Virus record (IMG/VR): IMGVR_UViG_3300044466_000032
Location: 1-33,237 of that record
Direction: 5' to 3' (one strand)
Origin: a virus
Lineage: Duplodnaviria > Caudoviricetes
Length of the DNA stretch: 33,237 bases
Below are positions 1-9,900 of this stretch, one piece after another (the first letter of the stretch is position 1; every line of letters begins with the position of its first letter). The translations under genes and the position numbers were made by a program. The notes beneath the pieces are model-generated. The model saw only the letters and a program-made list of their open reading frames with translations. It did no database searches and was not told the origin of the DNA.

Positions 1-33
1 CCGTGTTAGAGTCGGAATGCCTGTTCGGGTCAG

Positions 34-65
34 AGAAGCCCCCCGCCCCGTAGCGGGGGGTTTCT
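34..65. terminator. Intrinsic terminator hairpin, possibly bidirectional, ending the late operon
   Basis: AGAAGCCCCCCGC-cccgta-GCGGGGGGTTTCT, with an 8-bp perfect GC core. It sits immediately after the stop codon at 67-69 and has T-rich tails on both strands (TTTCTTT on +, CTTCTCT on -). Confidence 0.8.
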
Positions 66-66
66 T

Positions 67-711
67 TCACGTCAGGATGGCGTCGCCTTTCGTAGGGCGC
101 CCGCTGGTGTTGCCTAGGCTGCCGTCGGGCAGCTGGTGGTGGCACCAGAGCCACGACTTGCGGACCAGGTGCGAGATCGTTGCCCCCGCCTCGAGGCAGC
201 CGAGGGTGAAGTACCGGTCCTCGCCGGAGTTAGCCTCACCACGGTCGAGTTCTTGGAACCCAACCTGCTGTGCCAGTTCGGTCCGGACCAGCGTCGTGAT
301 CGTCGTCTCGATCGGGTTCGCCGGGTCGAACGGGCTCAGGTAGTGACCGACGGGGAAGATCGGGTCGTCTTCGAGGATCCGCGTCGTCCCGTCGGGGAGT
401 TGCTGCAAGATCTTGAACCACGAGTAGACGAAGTCGGCGGCGGTCTCCTGCTGATGCCGCAGCAGCCACTCAACGTGCTTCGGCAGGAACGCGTCGTCGG
501 AGTCGAGGAACGCGACCAGGTCCGTGTCGGCGGCCATCAACGCCCGCTGCCGGGTCGCGGCTGCGCCCTCCCGGTCGTGATCGACCGCGACGTGGACCGC
601 GTCGGGTAGCAGCGTCTGGCCCTGGACGCTGTCGAGGGCGCGGCGGAGCATGCCGTTGCGTACGCGGGCGGGGTGGGCGGGGATGATGACGGAGATGGTC
701 GGTCGGGCCAT
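67..711 (-). CDS. Glycosyltransferase, GT-A fold (GT2-like)
   Basis: Motifs SVIIPAH, RRALDSVQGQT, DxD motif FLDSDD and GED. ATG at 711 follows GAAAGGG; GTG at 717 is an alternative start. Confidence 0.88.
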   Translation of the reverse strand: MARPTISVIIPAHPARVRNGMLRRALDSVQGQTLLPDAVHVAVDHDREGAAATRQRALMAADTDLVAFLDSDDAFLPKHVEWLLRHQQETAADFVYSWFKILQQLPDGTTRILEDDPIFPVGHYLSPFDPANPIETTITTLVRTELAQQVGFQELDRGEANSGEDRYFTLGCLEAGATISHLVRKSWLWCHHQLPDGSLGNTSGRPTKGDAILT

Positions 712-727
712 AACCACCCTTTCGTGT

Positions 728-1387
728 CTACTGTGGCCGGTCGGGGCGGCCGGATCTGCCGGCGGCCCAACCGTCGTGATGGATACCGGTCACGACGTCG
801 ATGAACACTCCACGCAGACCTGCGGTACGCCAATCAGAGACGAGCTGCCAGTCTGTGGCATTCTGACCGTTCGGGTTCCACGACGCTACCTGCAAAGCGC
901 CGGCCCAACACATGACGCCGGTCGAGTCGAGGTGCCCGAGGCCGAACGTGTCGTCGCCGATGATGGCGTACGGCTGCCCGCCGACCCGGAAGTCGACCTT
1001 TGACACCGACCACGTCGCTTCGGCTGCACGCATCGCTTCGACGTGGGTGCGGACATGGTGGGGTAGGAGCTCGTCGTCATCGCCGAGGAAACCGATGAAC
1101 TCGCCGAGGGCGAGCCGGGACCCAATCAGCCATGGATACGCGCCGGTGCTCCTCTCGGTGGTTGCGTTCCGCCACGTTTCGTTGATCTGCACAGACCGCA
1201 TCCGGTAGTCACCGATGCGGTAGTTGTGCTGGTCGTCGAACTCCTCCGGGTTGCGGTCGGAGACGATGATGTGCTCGATCGGCCCACCCCAGTCCTGTTT
1301 CATCACCGACGGCACGCACCGGTCGAACAGCAGCGCTTCCCGACCGGGGAACGTCGGGGTGACGATCGATACGAGAACGAGTGTCAC
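728..1387 (-). CDS. Glycosyltransferase, GT-A fold (GT2-like)
   Basis: Motifs VSIVTPTF, EHIIVSD, GEFIGFLGDDD and ATDW. The GTG start overlaps the gmd stop (GTGA). Confidence 0.88.
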   Translation of the reverse strand: MTLVLVSIVTPTFPGREALLFDRCVPSVMKQDWGGPIEHIIVSDRNPEEFDDQHNYRIGDYRMRSVQINETWRNATTERSTGAYPWLIGSRLALGEFIGFLGDDDELLPHHVRTHVEAMRAAEATWSVSKVDFRVGGQPYAIIGDDTFGLGHLDSTGVMCWAGALQVASWNPNGQNATDWQLVSDWRTAGLRGVFIDVVTGIHHDGWAAGRSGRPDRPQ

Positions 1388-2334
1388 ACCAGTACCCGCT
1401 GCTCTGCGTCGATGAGTCGCTTCACGATCTGATCGAACCGCACGGTGGGCTCCCAGCCCAGTATTTGGGCCGCCTTCGACGCGTCACCCAGCAGCAGGTT
1501 CACGTCAGCAGGCCGAAACAGATCAGGGTCAACCTCGACGTGCTTTCGCCAGTCCAGGCCCACATGCCGGAACGCCGCCGCGCACAACTCAACAACGGAA
1601 TGCGTTTCGCCGGTGGCGAGGACATAGTCGCCGGGCTCGTCCTTCGCCGCGATGAGCGGCAACGCCCTCATAAAATCCGGGCCCCACCCCCAGTCCCGGC
1701 GGGCGCCCAGATTCCCCAGCCTCAGGACGGTCGTTTCGCCGCGGGCGATCCGAGCCGCGCCGGCGCAGATTTTCCGGGTGACGAACTCCTCGCCACGGCG
1801 TTCAGATTCGTGGTTGAACATGATCGCGCAAGAGGCGTGCATCCCGTACGAATCGCGGTAGTTGACCGTCATGTGGTGCGCGAAGACCTTCGCTACCCCG
1901 TACGGGGAGCGGGGGTTGAACGGGGTCGTTTCCGTCTGCGGCGATTCGGTGACCTGCCCGAACTGCTCCGACGAGGATGCCTGCACGAACCGGATGGCGG
2001 GGTTGACGGCCCGGATCGCTTCGAGCATCCGCAGGCAGCCGAGGCCGGTGACCTCGGACATGAGGCTCGGCTGCTGCCACGACATGCCGACGTAGGTGAT
2101 CGCGCCGAGGTTGTAGACGACGTCGGGTTTGGCGACGGTGAGGGCGTGCTGCAGCGATGACTGGTCGAGGAGGTCCCCGTCGAGGATGCGCAACGACGGG
2201 ACGAGCCGTTGGAGCCAATCACGTTTCGGGTTCCGCTGTCCGCGGACCATGCCGTACACGTCGTGGTGGGGGGCGAGTTGCTCGGCGAGAGCGGACCCGT
2301 CCTGGCCTGTCGCCCCGGTGATGAGGACTCTCAT
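1384..2334 (-). CDS. gmd: GDP-mannose 4,6-dehydratase
   Basis: The true start is MRVLITGATGQDGS at 2334 (ATGA overlap), not the ORF-track start at 3348. Gmd motifs QASSSEQFG, PRSPYGVAK (YxxxK), FNHESERRGEEFVTRKI, LGNLGARRDWG and RPADV are present. Confidence 0.95.
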   Translation of the reverse strand: MRVLITGATGQDGSALAEQLAPHHDVYGMVRGQRNPKRDWLQRLVPSLRILDGDLLDQSSLQHALTVAKPDVVYNLGAITYVGMSWQQPSLMSEVTGLGCLRMLEAIRAVNPAIRFVQASSSEQFGQVTESPQTETTPFNPRSPYGVAKVFAHHMTVNYRDSYGMHASCAIMFNHESERRGEEFVTRKICAGAARIARGETTVLRLGNLGARRDWGWGPDFMRALPLIAAKDEPGDYVLATGETHSVVELCAAAFRHVGLDWRKHVEVDPDLFRPADVNLLLGDASKAAQILGWEPTVRFDQIVKRLIDAEQRVLV

Positions 2335-3539
2335 AGCAGGACCGGGGTGGGGATGGGGACAAGCCACCGGCCGCCATGTTGGCCGAACAGGGTTTCGCGG
2401 CGCATCACCTCGCCGAGGTAGTTGTGGACGGTCATCAGGTAGATGTCGGGTTGGCGGCTGTCCGCTGTCGGGGACACGATCGGGATCCCGGTTCCTGGGG
2501 TGTACCGGCCATGTTTGGTGGGTGTGGTGTCCACCATGTACTGGACGAGTTCGGGCCCGATGTTGCAAAAGTTGAGCAGGGTTGTCGACTTCGCGGACGC
2601 GCCGTATCCGGCGACGCGCATTCCGGCGCGTTTCTGCTGCCACAGCATGTCCCGGAGCCGGACCCGGATCCGGTCGGCGCGGCCTTGCAACCCGTCCAAG
2701 GCGTGCGGGTCGGTGAGCCACCGCTCCTCCCGAAGCAGCGCGGGAACCGAATGGTCGGGATAACCGTCGCGGCCGATGGTGACCCGCAGCGACCCGCCCT
2801 GTGGGGTGACCTGTTCCACCGACCGGGCCATCAGGCCACGCTCGGCGAGGACCCGGTCCAACGAGGTGAGGGTGAAGAACTGGCGGTGTTCGTGGTAGAC
2901 GTGATCGAACTGGTTCCCGGTGACCAAATCGGCCAGGTACTGGAACTCGGCGACGGCGACACCGTGTCGGTCGAGGAGCCGGTCGAGGCCACCAACGAAG
3001 TCGGCCAGGTCGGCGACGTGGGCGATGACGTTGTTCGCGATGACGAGCCCGGCGTGGCCGTGTTCGGCGACGATCGAGTCGGCGACCGCCGCGGTGAACC
3101 CTTCCACTCGGACGTCGAGGCCATGGTCGCGGGCTATCTGGGCAGGGCCGGCGGCGGGATCTACGCCAAGGGTTCGGCATCCGGCGTCCTTCATATGCCG
3201 GAGGAGGGTGCCGTCGTTGCAGGCGATCTCGACGGTTAGCTGCCGTGCGAGGCGCCCGAACCGGGTCAGCATGTCGGCCGCGTACAGGCGTTGGTGTTCG
3301 GCGGCGACCCACGACGCACCGGTGTAGAAGCCGTAGTCGCCACCCCACAGGACCGCGTCATCGACGACCTCGGTCACCTGCACCAGGGTGCAGGTGCCGC
3401 ACCGGTACAGGCCGAGCGGATACCGCGGCTGGTCGGCGTCGGCAGTGAGGGGGAACTCGTCGGCGAGTGGCGAGTCGCCGAGGTCAAGGACCTGGACAAG
3501 GTCGCCGCCCCCGCAGCCGCCGCATGTTGTCCGTGTCAC
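2331..3539 (-). CDS. SAM-dependent NDP-sugar C-methyltransferase (TcaB9/TylCIII/MtmC-like)
   Basis: GTG start at 3539 (GTGA overlap). N-terminal Zn site CGGC...CGTC, LDLGDSPLA, SAM motif EIACNDGTLL, ANNVIAH, YHEH and C-terminal YGASAKS together match the sugar C3-methyltransferase layout. Confidence 0.88.
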   Translation of the reverse strand: MTRTTCGGCGGGDLVQVLDLGDSPLADEFPLTADADQPRYPLGLYRCGTCTLVQVTEVVDDAVLWGGDYGFYTGASWVAAEHQRLYAADMLTRFGRLARQLTVEIACNDGTLLRHMKDAGCRTLGVDPAAGPAQIARDHGLDVRVEGFTAAVADSIVAEHGHAGLVIANNVIAHVADLADFVGGLDRLLDRHGVAVAEFQYLADLVTGNQFDHVYHEHRQFFTLTSLDRVLAERGLMARSVEQVTPQGGSLRVTIGRDGYPDHSVPALLREERWLTDPHALDGLQGRADRIRVRLRDMLWQQKRAGMRVAGYGASAKSTTLLNFCNIGPELVQYMVDTTPTKHGRYTPGTGIPIVSPTADSRQPDIYLMTVHNYLGEVMRRETLFGQHGGRWLVPIPTPVLL

Positions 3540-4525
3540 GTCGTCCGTGTCCCTTCGTAGACGGCTTCCCATCGGTGGATCTGCTTGTCGATCGTCCACC
3601 CTCGTGACGTTGCCAGCGCGCCTTCCGACAACACCGCAATCCAGTTCGTGTTCCGGCGACCGAGCAGAAAGTGCAGGGTTTCGTGCAGGGTGTCGCCGCG
3701 CAGTCCCGGGTAGATCAGCCCGTTTTCCTCGTCGACGACGAGGTCGGGGTATTGGCCAATGGCTGGCACGACTGGGATGACGCCACGGCTCATGTACTCC
3801 AGGGCCTTGATCCAACTCTTCGACGAGTTAAACGCCGTGTCGGCGAGCGGGGCGATGCCGATGTCGAAGTCCAACGCCCGCCAGTAGGCGTCCATAGTCG
3901 ACCAGCCGGTGTGCTCGTTCGGAACGCCCATGTAGTCGGCGCCGATGGTCCGGAATCGGACGTCGGATCCGAACTCGGCGGCGATGCGTTGAAGCGCCGC
4001 GCGATCCTGGTCCGTCCAGTCCTGTGCGTGGAACGGCGAACCCGCCCATCCAATGGTTATGACGCCGGGCCGCAGAGTGACGGCGGGCACGACCTGCGCC
4101 GGGTGGAGACAGTTCGGCAACACCACCACGTGCGGGTTGAAGGCGCGGACCATCACGGCCAACTCGGGGGTAGAGACCGTGACCACGTCGGCCGCCGCGA
4201 TGTTGGTCTTGATCTGCTCGACCACCTCCGGGCGCCCGTACAGGGAGTACGGGACGGTGTTGGCGGGGTCCACGGTCATCAGGTTGTCGTCGAGGTCGTA
4301 GACCGCCAGGATGCCGGGCATCGCGCCGATCTGCCGCCACGCCGCGTTGTCGTCTGCGAGGCGCTGGCCGATAACGATGTCGCCGTCGACCAGCTCGGCC
4401 GGGTCGGGGCCACGCCAAATGACATCGAACCGTTCGGGATCGAGGTGAGTCAGGGGCAGGTACAGCCGGTAGTACCAGCACCCGGCGGAGTCAGTCGCGA
4501 CGACGAAGATCCGACGCTTCACCAT
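3536..4525 (-). CDS. Glycosyltransferase, GT-B fold (GT4-like)
   Basis: Starts MVKRRIFVV (ATG 4525 or GTG 4522). Motifs YDLDDN, ADVVTVSTPEL, IGWAGS, DIGIAPL and KSWIKALEY. Confidence 0.85.
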   Translation of the reverse strand: MVKRRIFVVATDSAGCWYYRLYLPLTHLDPERFDVIWRGPDPAELVDGDIVIGQRLADDNAAWRQIGAMPGILAVYDLDDNLMTVDPANTVPYSLYGRPEVVEQIKTNIAAADVVTVSTPELAVMVRAFNPHVVVLPNCLHPAQVVPAVTLRPGVITIGWAGSPFHAQDWTDQDRAALQRIAAEFGSDVRFRTIGADYMGVPNEHTGWSTMDAYWRALDFDIGIAPLADTAFNSSKSWIKALEYMSRGVIPVVPAIGQYPDLVVDEENGLIYPGLRGDTLHETLHFLLGRRNTNWIAVLSEGALATSRGWTIDKQIHRWEAVYEGTRTT

Positions 4526-5196
4526 GGTCGGCTGCCGTGCTTCGCGGCGAACGTTTCGGCGTCCCGGCCGGCCTGGGCGCCGAGTCCCGGGATCGTGTTG
4601 GTGTATTCGCCGGGCCGCTGGTTCGGGACGGGGTAGCCGCCGACCATGACCATGCCGCCGGCGGCGCGGGCCTGCCAGTCCATGTCGGTGTCGCACCACC
4701 ACCAGTGCATCGACTCGTCCGCGCGCAGGCCTTGGGCGGCGTTGACGATGAACGCCCAGCCGACCATTCGGCCCATCAGATCGGAGTCTGGCGCGGTTTT
4801 CAGTTGGGGCGGGTGTGGGTTGCCCCACGGGTTGGAGCAGCCGGCGGCGGCGCCGGTTGCGGTCATGGCCGCGGTGACGGCGTCGAACCATCCGGGCGGG
4901 GCGATCGCGTCGTCGCACAGGAACGCGATGTGCCACGGTGCGGCCGGGTCGGCCAAGTCGTTGCCGTGCATCTGCCCAGCCAGATTGATCCCAACGTTCC
5001 ACAGCTTCGCCAGGTTCGGCGGCTGATCGGGGACCTGCACCAGGACCGCGTGCCAGGTCAAATCCTCGAGGTCCATGGGCGGGTCGGACGCATTGTCGAC
5101 GACGATGAGCACGTCGACCTGCGGCCCGATCGCCGCGACACATTCGGCGAGCAACTCAGGCCGATTGTGGGTGAGGACAACAGCGAATCGGTTCAT
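4519..5196 (-). CDS. Glycosyltransferase, GT-A fold (GT2-like)
   Basis: ATG at 5196 with GGAGG RBS and ATGA overlap. Motifs VVLTHNRPELLAECV, IVVDNAS, FLCDDA and WWCDTD. Confidence 0.85.
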   Translation of the reverse strand: MNRFAVVLTHNRPELLAECVAAIGPQVDVLIVVDNASDPPMDLEDLTWHAVLVQVPDQPPNLAKLWNVGINLAGQMHGNDLADPAAPWHIAFLCDDAIAPPGWFDAVTAAMTATGAAAGCSNPWGNPHPPQLKTAPDSDLMGRMVGWAFIVNAAQGLRADESMHWWWCDTDMDWQARAAGGMVMVGGYPVPNQRPGEYTNTIPGLGAQAGRDAETFAAKHGSRPW

Positions 5197-5840
5197 GTGA
5201 CCTCCGTGGCTGTCATGGATACCCAGTCGTCTCCGTTCATCGTGAGCGTCCCCGCCCCGGCGAACCGGAGCCACCGTCCCACAATCGTCACATCACCGAC
5301 GAACCCGAACCCGAACACAGCGGTACCGGACACCTGCAAATGCGTATTGGCGGGGGTGATGAACAGTTGGGCAACGTCACCTTCGGGGAGGCCGTTGAGG
5401 CTGACCCCGAACCGGACAGTCGCCGTCGCCGTCGCGAACAGTGTGGCATGAAAATCGACCCGGATACGTGAGTCGACGTACGCCTTCGGCAGCACCACTG
5501 TGGGCGATCCGGGAATGGTCGCATATGCAGCGGATGTGGTGGTGCCGGACCCGGCGGCGCCGTTGGTGTTGGCCGTCCCGAACCGGCCGCCGTTCATAGC
5601 GGGCGGCCCGCCGATGATGTAGGTGCCGGCCGGGGGGACGGCCATGACCATGACCCGGTCGCCGGCGGCGACGACACCGATCAGCGACACAGCGGGTGCG
5701 GCAATGACGAGAGCGTCGGAGTCGAATACGACGGTGGGGATGAGCGGGTCGGCAACACTCGCGGCGATGATCTGCCACGTCAACCCGAGCCGGTTGGCGT
5801 TGTCCTTCACCTCCTGCACCAACGCGGCCGTGTCGGTCAT
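5193..5840 (-). CDS. Minor tail protein (spike or receptor-binding candidate)
   Basis: Follows the hub-like gene via an ATGA overlap. N-terminal OB-like segment (AGDRVMVM) and beta-rich Gly/Thr C-terminus. Confidence 0.6.
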   Translation of the reverse strand: MTDTAALVQEVKDNANRLGLTWQIIAASVADPLIPTVVFDSDALVIAAPAVSLIGVVAAGDRVMVMAVPPAGTYIIGGPPAMNGGRFGTANTNGAAGSGTTTSAAYATIPGSPTVVLPKAYVDSRIRVDFHATLFATATATVRFGVSLNGLPEGDVAQLFITPANTHLQVSGTAVFGFGFVGDVTIVGRWLRFAGAGTLTMNGDDWVSMTATEVT

Positions 5841-6925
5841 TGGAAGCTCCGCCGCAGGGTGTGAGACATTGGTGCGCCTTCCGCGAGGGTAATGGCCCAG
5901 CCGAGCTCAAGCCAGTTCACGCCCTGCCACCGGATCACGTCATACGAGTCGTGCCGCGGGTCGGGGGCGGTCGCGAGTTGGGTGCGGCGGAACACGGACT
6001 GGCGGATGCCCAAATTTCGGGCCGCCGCGAACGCCTGCGCGGAGTTCGCTATCTGCAGTGACACCACCTGCGGGATGACGAATCCGCGTGCGGCGATGGA
6101 GTGCGGCGCCGATGGGGGCACGTCGTAGGTGCCGACGATCGCCCCGGTTTGGGCGTCGCCCGAATTGGACGTGACAACGAACCGGTTGGGGGCGTGGAGC
6201 AGATCCGACGCTTCAGAAACGGAGCCTTGGATGACACGTTTGCCGCGGTCGAAGTCCAGTGTGGGGACTGCGGTGTCGGGGTCCACGGTCCGGACCATGC
6301 GGAAGTGGCCGTTGTTGCCCATCCATGGGGTCATGTAGTCGCCCTGCGTGGACAAAGCTTCCAGGATCTGGCCGCCGCCGGTTCCTGGTGCCCACGCCCC
6401 GACCGCCGGGTACGGCGACGGTTCGACCTGAACACCGGGCAGCGGCAGTCCGGCGAGGAGACGGGCCACGGTGGCGGTGACACCATCCGTTGGGCCGGTC
6501 CCGAACGCGTTCGACAGTTGCTGGTCGACGATGAACATTTCGTCGACCAGCACGGTGTCGGCCCAGATCCCGCCGGTGGAAACGAGGTCGCTTTCGTCGA
6601 CGAACATGAACCGGCCCAACGGATACTGTCCGCCGCCGATGAGCATAGATGGCTGGATCCGGTCGGTGAGCGGGTTGATCGCCGCGGTGTCGGCCACGCC
6701 GAACCGGACGTGGAGGTCCCGTTTGATGGTGCGGGTCGTGTCGTGGGTGATGGTGGCACCGGAGCGGATGGGATGGATCTGACCGAGTTGTTCGCCGGTG
6801 ACGCCGTCGATGAGGTCGAACCGGTACGTGGCGGTCCGTTGTCCGACGCCGTCGTCGAGGTCGAGTGTCGGGTTTGGGGTGTCGGTGGCGAGGGGTTGCA
6901 GCCCAACCCACGGCAGGCCGGTCAC
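5837..6925 (-). CDS. Minor tail protein (baseplate hub/Tal-like)
   Basis: GTG at 6925 overlaps the upstream stop (GTGA). Second gene after the tape measure. Segments YPLGRF, PNRFVV and PDPRHDSYDVI resemble siphophage hub proteins. Confidence 0.7.
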   Translation of the reverse strand: MTGLPWVGLQPLATDTPNPTLDLDDGVGQRTATYRFDLIDGVTGEQLGQIHPIRSGATITHDTTRTIKRDLHVRFGVADTAAINPLTDRIQPSMLIGGGQYPLGRFMFVDESDLVSTGGIWADTVLVDEMFIVDQQLSNAFGTGPTDGVTATVARLLAGLPLPGVQVEPSPYPAVGAWAPGTGGGQILEALSTQGDYMTPWMGNNGHFRMVRTVDPDTAVPTLDFDRGKRVIQGSVSEASDLLHAPNRFVVTSNSGDAQTGAIVGTYDVPPSAPHSIAARGFVIPQVVSLQIANSAQAFAAARNLGIRQSVFRRTQLATAPDPRHDSYDVIRWQGVNWLELGWAITLAEGAPMSHTLRRSFQ

Positions 6926-9900
6926 GGGTCGACCGGGTACGGGGTGGTGGTGAGTTCGACAATGTCGACCCGGGCCATGTACTTGGTCCGATTCACGCGG
7001 GCGGCGACGTTCGGGACGCGGACGTTGGCGAACCACCGGTCGCCGACGTCGTCACGGACACACACGTACGGCAGGTCCGCCCACGCCAAGTCCCGCAGGG
7101 TGTGGGTGTTGGCGAGGCGAGCTGGGTCGATCGCACCGGCGTGGATGAGCAACGTCCGGGCAAACGTTTCCAGGCCACGTTCGGTGCCGTGGAACGCGAC
7201 GACGCCATCACGGCCGTACATCGGCTGGAACGACACCCCGTCGCCCTCAGGCAGGCTGAAGTCTTCGACGGGGCTGCCGTCCCATTGCATGACGTAGGCC
7301 GCGTTCGACATGCCGGACTGGTCGGCGTTGCTGGTGAAGATCAGCGCTCCGGTCGCGTCGCCGCAACCACCAGACACGCCGGGTGTTGGTGGAGCACCGG
7401 TGACCTGACCGGACCAGGCGCCGGCGAAGTTGTACACGTTCAACATCCGCAACCGATAGACCGAGTCGATCCCGACGCGGGCCTCGAAGTCGTTGAACCC
7501 GGTCACGGTCGGCGACGACGCCAACATGATCGTTTGGAAGTCGCCGACAACCGCGTCGAAGCGTTGCAGCTCGTAGGCGCCGAATCCGTAGTCCGGCGGA
7601 CCGACCGAAAAACTGTCATACATGAATGTTGACGGGGCGACGGCGGTCGTGTCGTCGCGGGCGAACCCGCCCGCGTTGTTGCCGGTGGTCAGCGCCGTGT
7701 CGACGGCCTGGACCATCCACTGTGCTGGTTCGTCGTCGCCCAACCCCCACACTTTGGCCCGCAACGCTGACCCTTGGATCTGCAAACGGATCCACCGCCA
7801 CGCGGTGGGCGCGGGCAGCATCCCCGGCACTGTGATGATCGCGCCGACATCATTCTGAACCCCGGCGACCCGTTTCCGGAGATGCAATTCGACGGTGTTG
7901 GTCTGCGTGTACCACAATTCGGCGCCGTAGTAGTTGGACCCGTCGGTCAGCCGTCCCACCACACCGCCGCGCAGTGATCCGGTGCCCTCGGACGTGTCCG
8001 CGATCCGTAGGAGCATCCGGATGTCCTGATCGGGGCCGCCGGTGTCGACCCAGATCCGCCGGTCGTCGGCGGTGACTGTCGGGATGATCAACCCTGACGA
8101 TCCGTCGACGGAAAAGTCGGTGGCCAGCGATGTGGTTGTCCACGTTTTCCCGTCGGACGCGGTGCCCCAACCGCCGGCGGCAACGGTCCGGTTGAAGTCG
8201 TCGCCCGCGACACCGGTGTTGGCGGGCCTAGGCCAGGTGATCCGCTGGTAGCCGATGCCGGTGGGAATGCAGCAGGGCAGGCTCCCGCAGTCGAGCCCAA
8301 TCCCGGTGACGGTTTGCGACAGTTGTGACAGGCCGACGCCGGTGACGGTGGGCGGGTCCTGCGAGAAGATCAGCATGGCGTCGCTGGAATCGTCGGCCGT
8401 CGCGGACGACACATACGCCGACCCAACACCATGCGGCATCCACAACAACTCCGCGATCGCACCGCCGGGCGGCTCATACGTCGCTGTGTACAACTGGTTC
8501 GCGGCCGGGACGAGGTTGAACAGATTGCCCGGCGTGCCGGAGATCGCTGGCGCGCACGCGCCGAGGATCTCCCACCTGTTCCCGGCCAACTCTCCCGTAG
8601 CACCCCACCGGAATGTGGGGTCGGTTGTTACCCGCGTGCCCATGATGGCCGGCGTGTTCAGGCGCAGAGTTACCTCCCGCCACCCGTCGACGATCTCTGT
8701 CAGCGCGTCGAAATCGGCAGGGGTGATCGCGGCGCTCACACCGGTCATCGCGCCGATCCCGGAGAAGCTGAGCGGCACTGTGGTGTCACCGAACCGTCGG
8801 GCATAGAACCGGCATTGCGCGTACGCCGTATCCACCCCGACGACGTCGTCGTAGATCTCCTGCTCGGCCACGACGCTGCCCCACACCTGGGCGGCGACCT
8901 GCCGACCGTAGGCGTGCGGCTCGACGAGGGTGCCACCGGAGGTGTGCAAGCTGATCTGCGGTAGGACCATCGATACGGTCGAAGTGAACGTATCCCCAAG
9001 ATGGTCCTCGGACGGTTTGGGGATGTTGACCTGGATACCTGGATGTGACGGAATCTCATACAACTGCCGTATGGCGTTCAACGTCGGATACGGCGTGTTC
9101 TGGACGACTAACAGTCCGGTCTCGGACGACGACAGAACCAGCGAATAATCGCCAGCGGCCAGGGTCGGATTTAGGGCAAGTGTGGACATGGACCTCATCG
9201 GCACAATGTTCGTACCGAATACGTACCTTTGCGTGGTTCCCGTCAGGGAGCTTGTTCCGGTGACCCCGAATCCGACGCCGCCGACCGCGACGCGTTGCTC
9301 TTGGCAGTAGATGACCTCCAATGCCGCGTAGAGAAAGAAGACCGCTGTGCCGGATGGATTGTTAATGCCGAGCAGGCGGACACACAGCCGGCCCGCGTGG
9401 GAGATCTCGAAGCGTTGCAGGTCGGTGTAGATCCACGGGAGGCGTTCCACCGTCGTCATCGGCGTGCCGGAGAAGAACGGCCCCACTTCGCCAAAAGGGA
9501 GGCGGGAGATTTGGGGCCTGCCCGGCCCGGCGGTTGACGCTGCCTCAATGTTGGATGTGAACCCGTACACGAACCCGTCAGTTTGCGTCGGTTGGAAGAT
9601 ACCGATCCGGACCGAAAACTCGGTCAGGTTCGGACTCAACGCTGAGTACAGGAAATTGAGGCCAACAATCCGCTTCCCGGCCAGGAGCGCGGAGTAGGAG
9701 TTCATGGCGAAGTAGAGGTCAGCATTCGAATCAGTTGGTGTGCCGCCGGACAGGGTTAGGGTCTTGCCATCAGACGGGTCGGCGAGCGCATCTCCAACAC
9801 CTGTCGACCCGCCGGAAAAACTCGCGTTGCCGGTGACGCCACCGTTATTGACCGGGATGATCACTGACCGGATCGGGCCGGACAGGTCCTCAGACCCTGC

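Noticed and set aside
2335-3348. Long N-terminal extension of gmd in the 654-aa track ORF, and similar extensions of the 494-, 535- and 399-aa ORFs
   Set aside because: These are Arg/Pro-rich off-frame translations overlapping real upstream genes; the true starts are marked by ATGA/GTGA overlaps.
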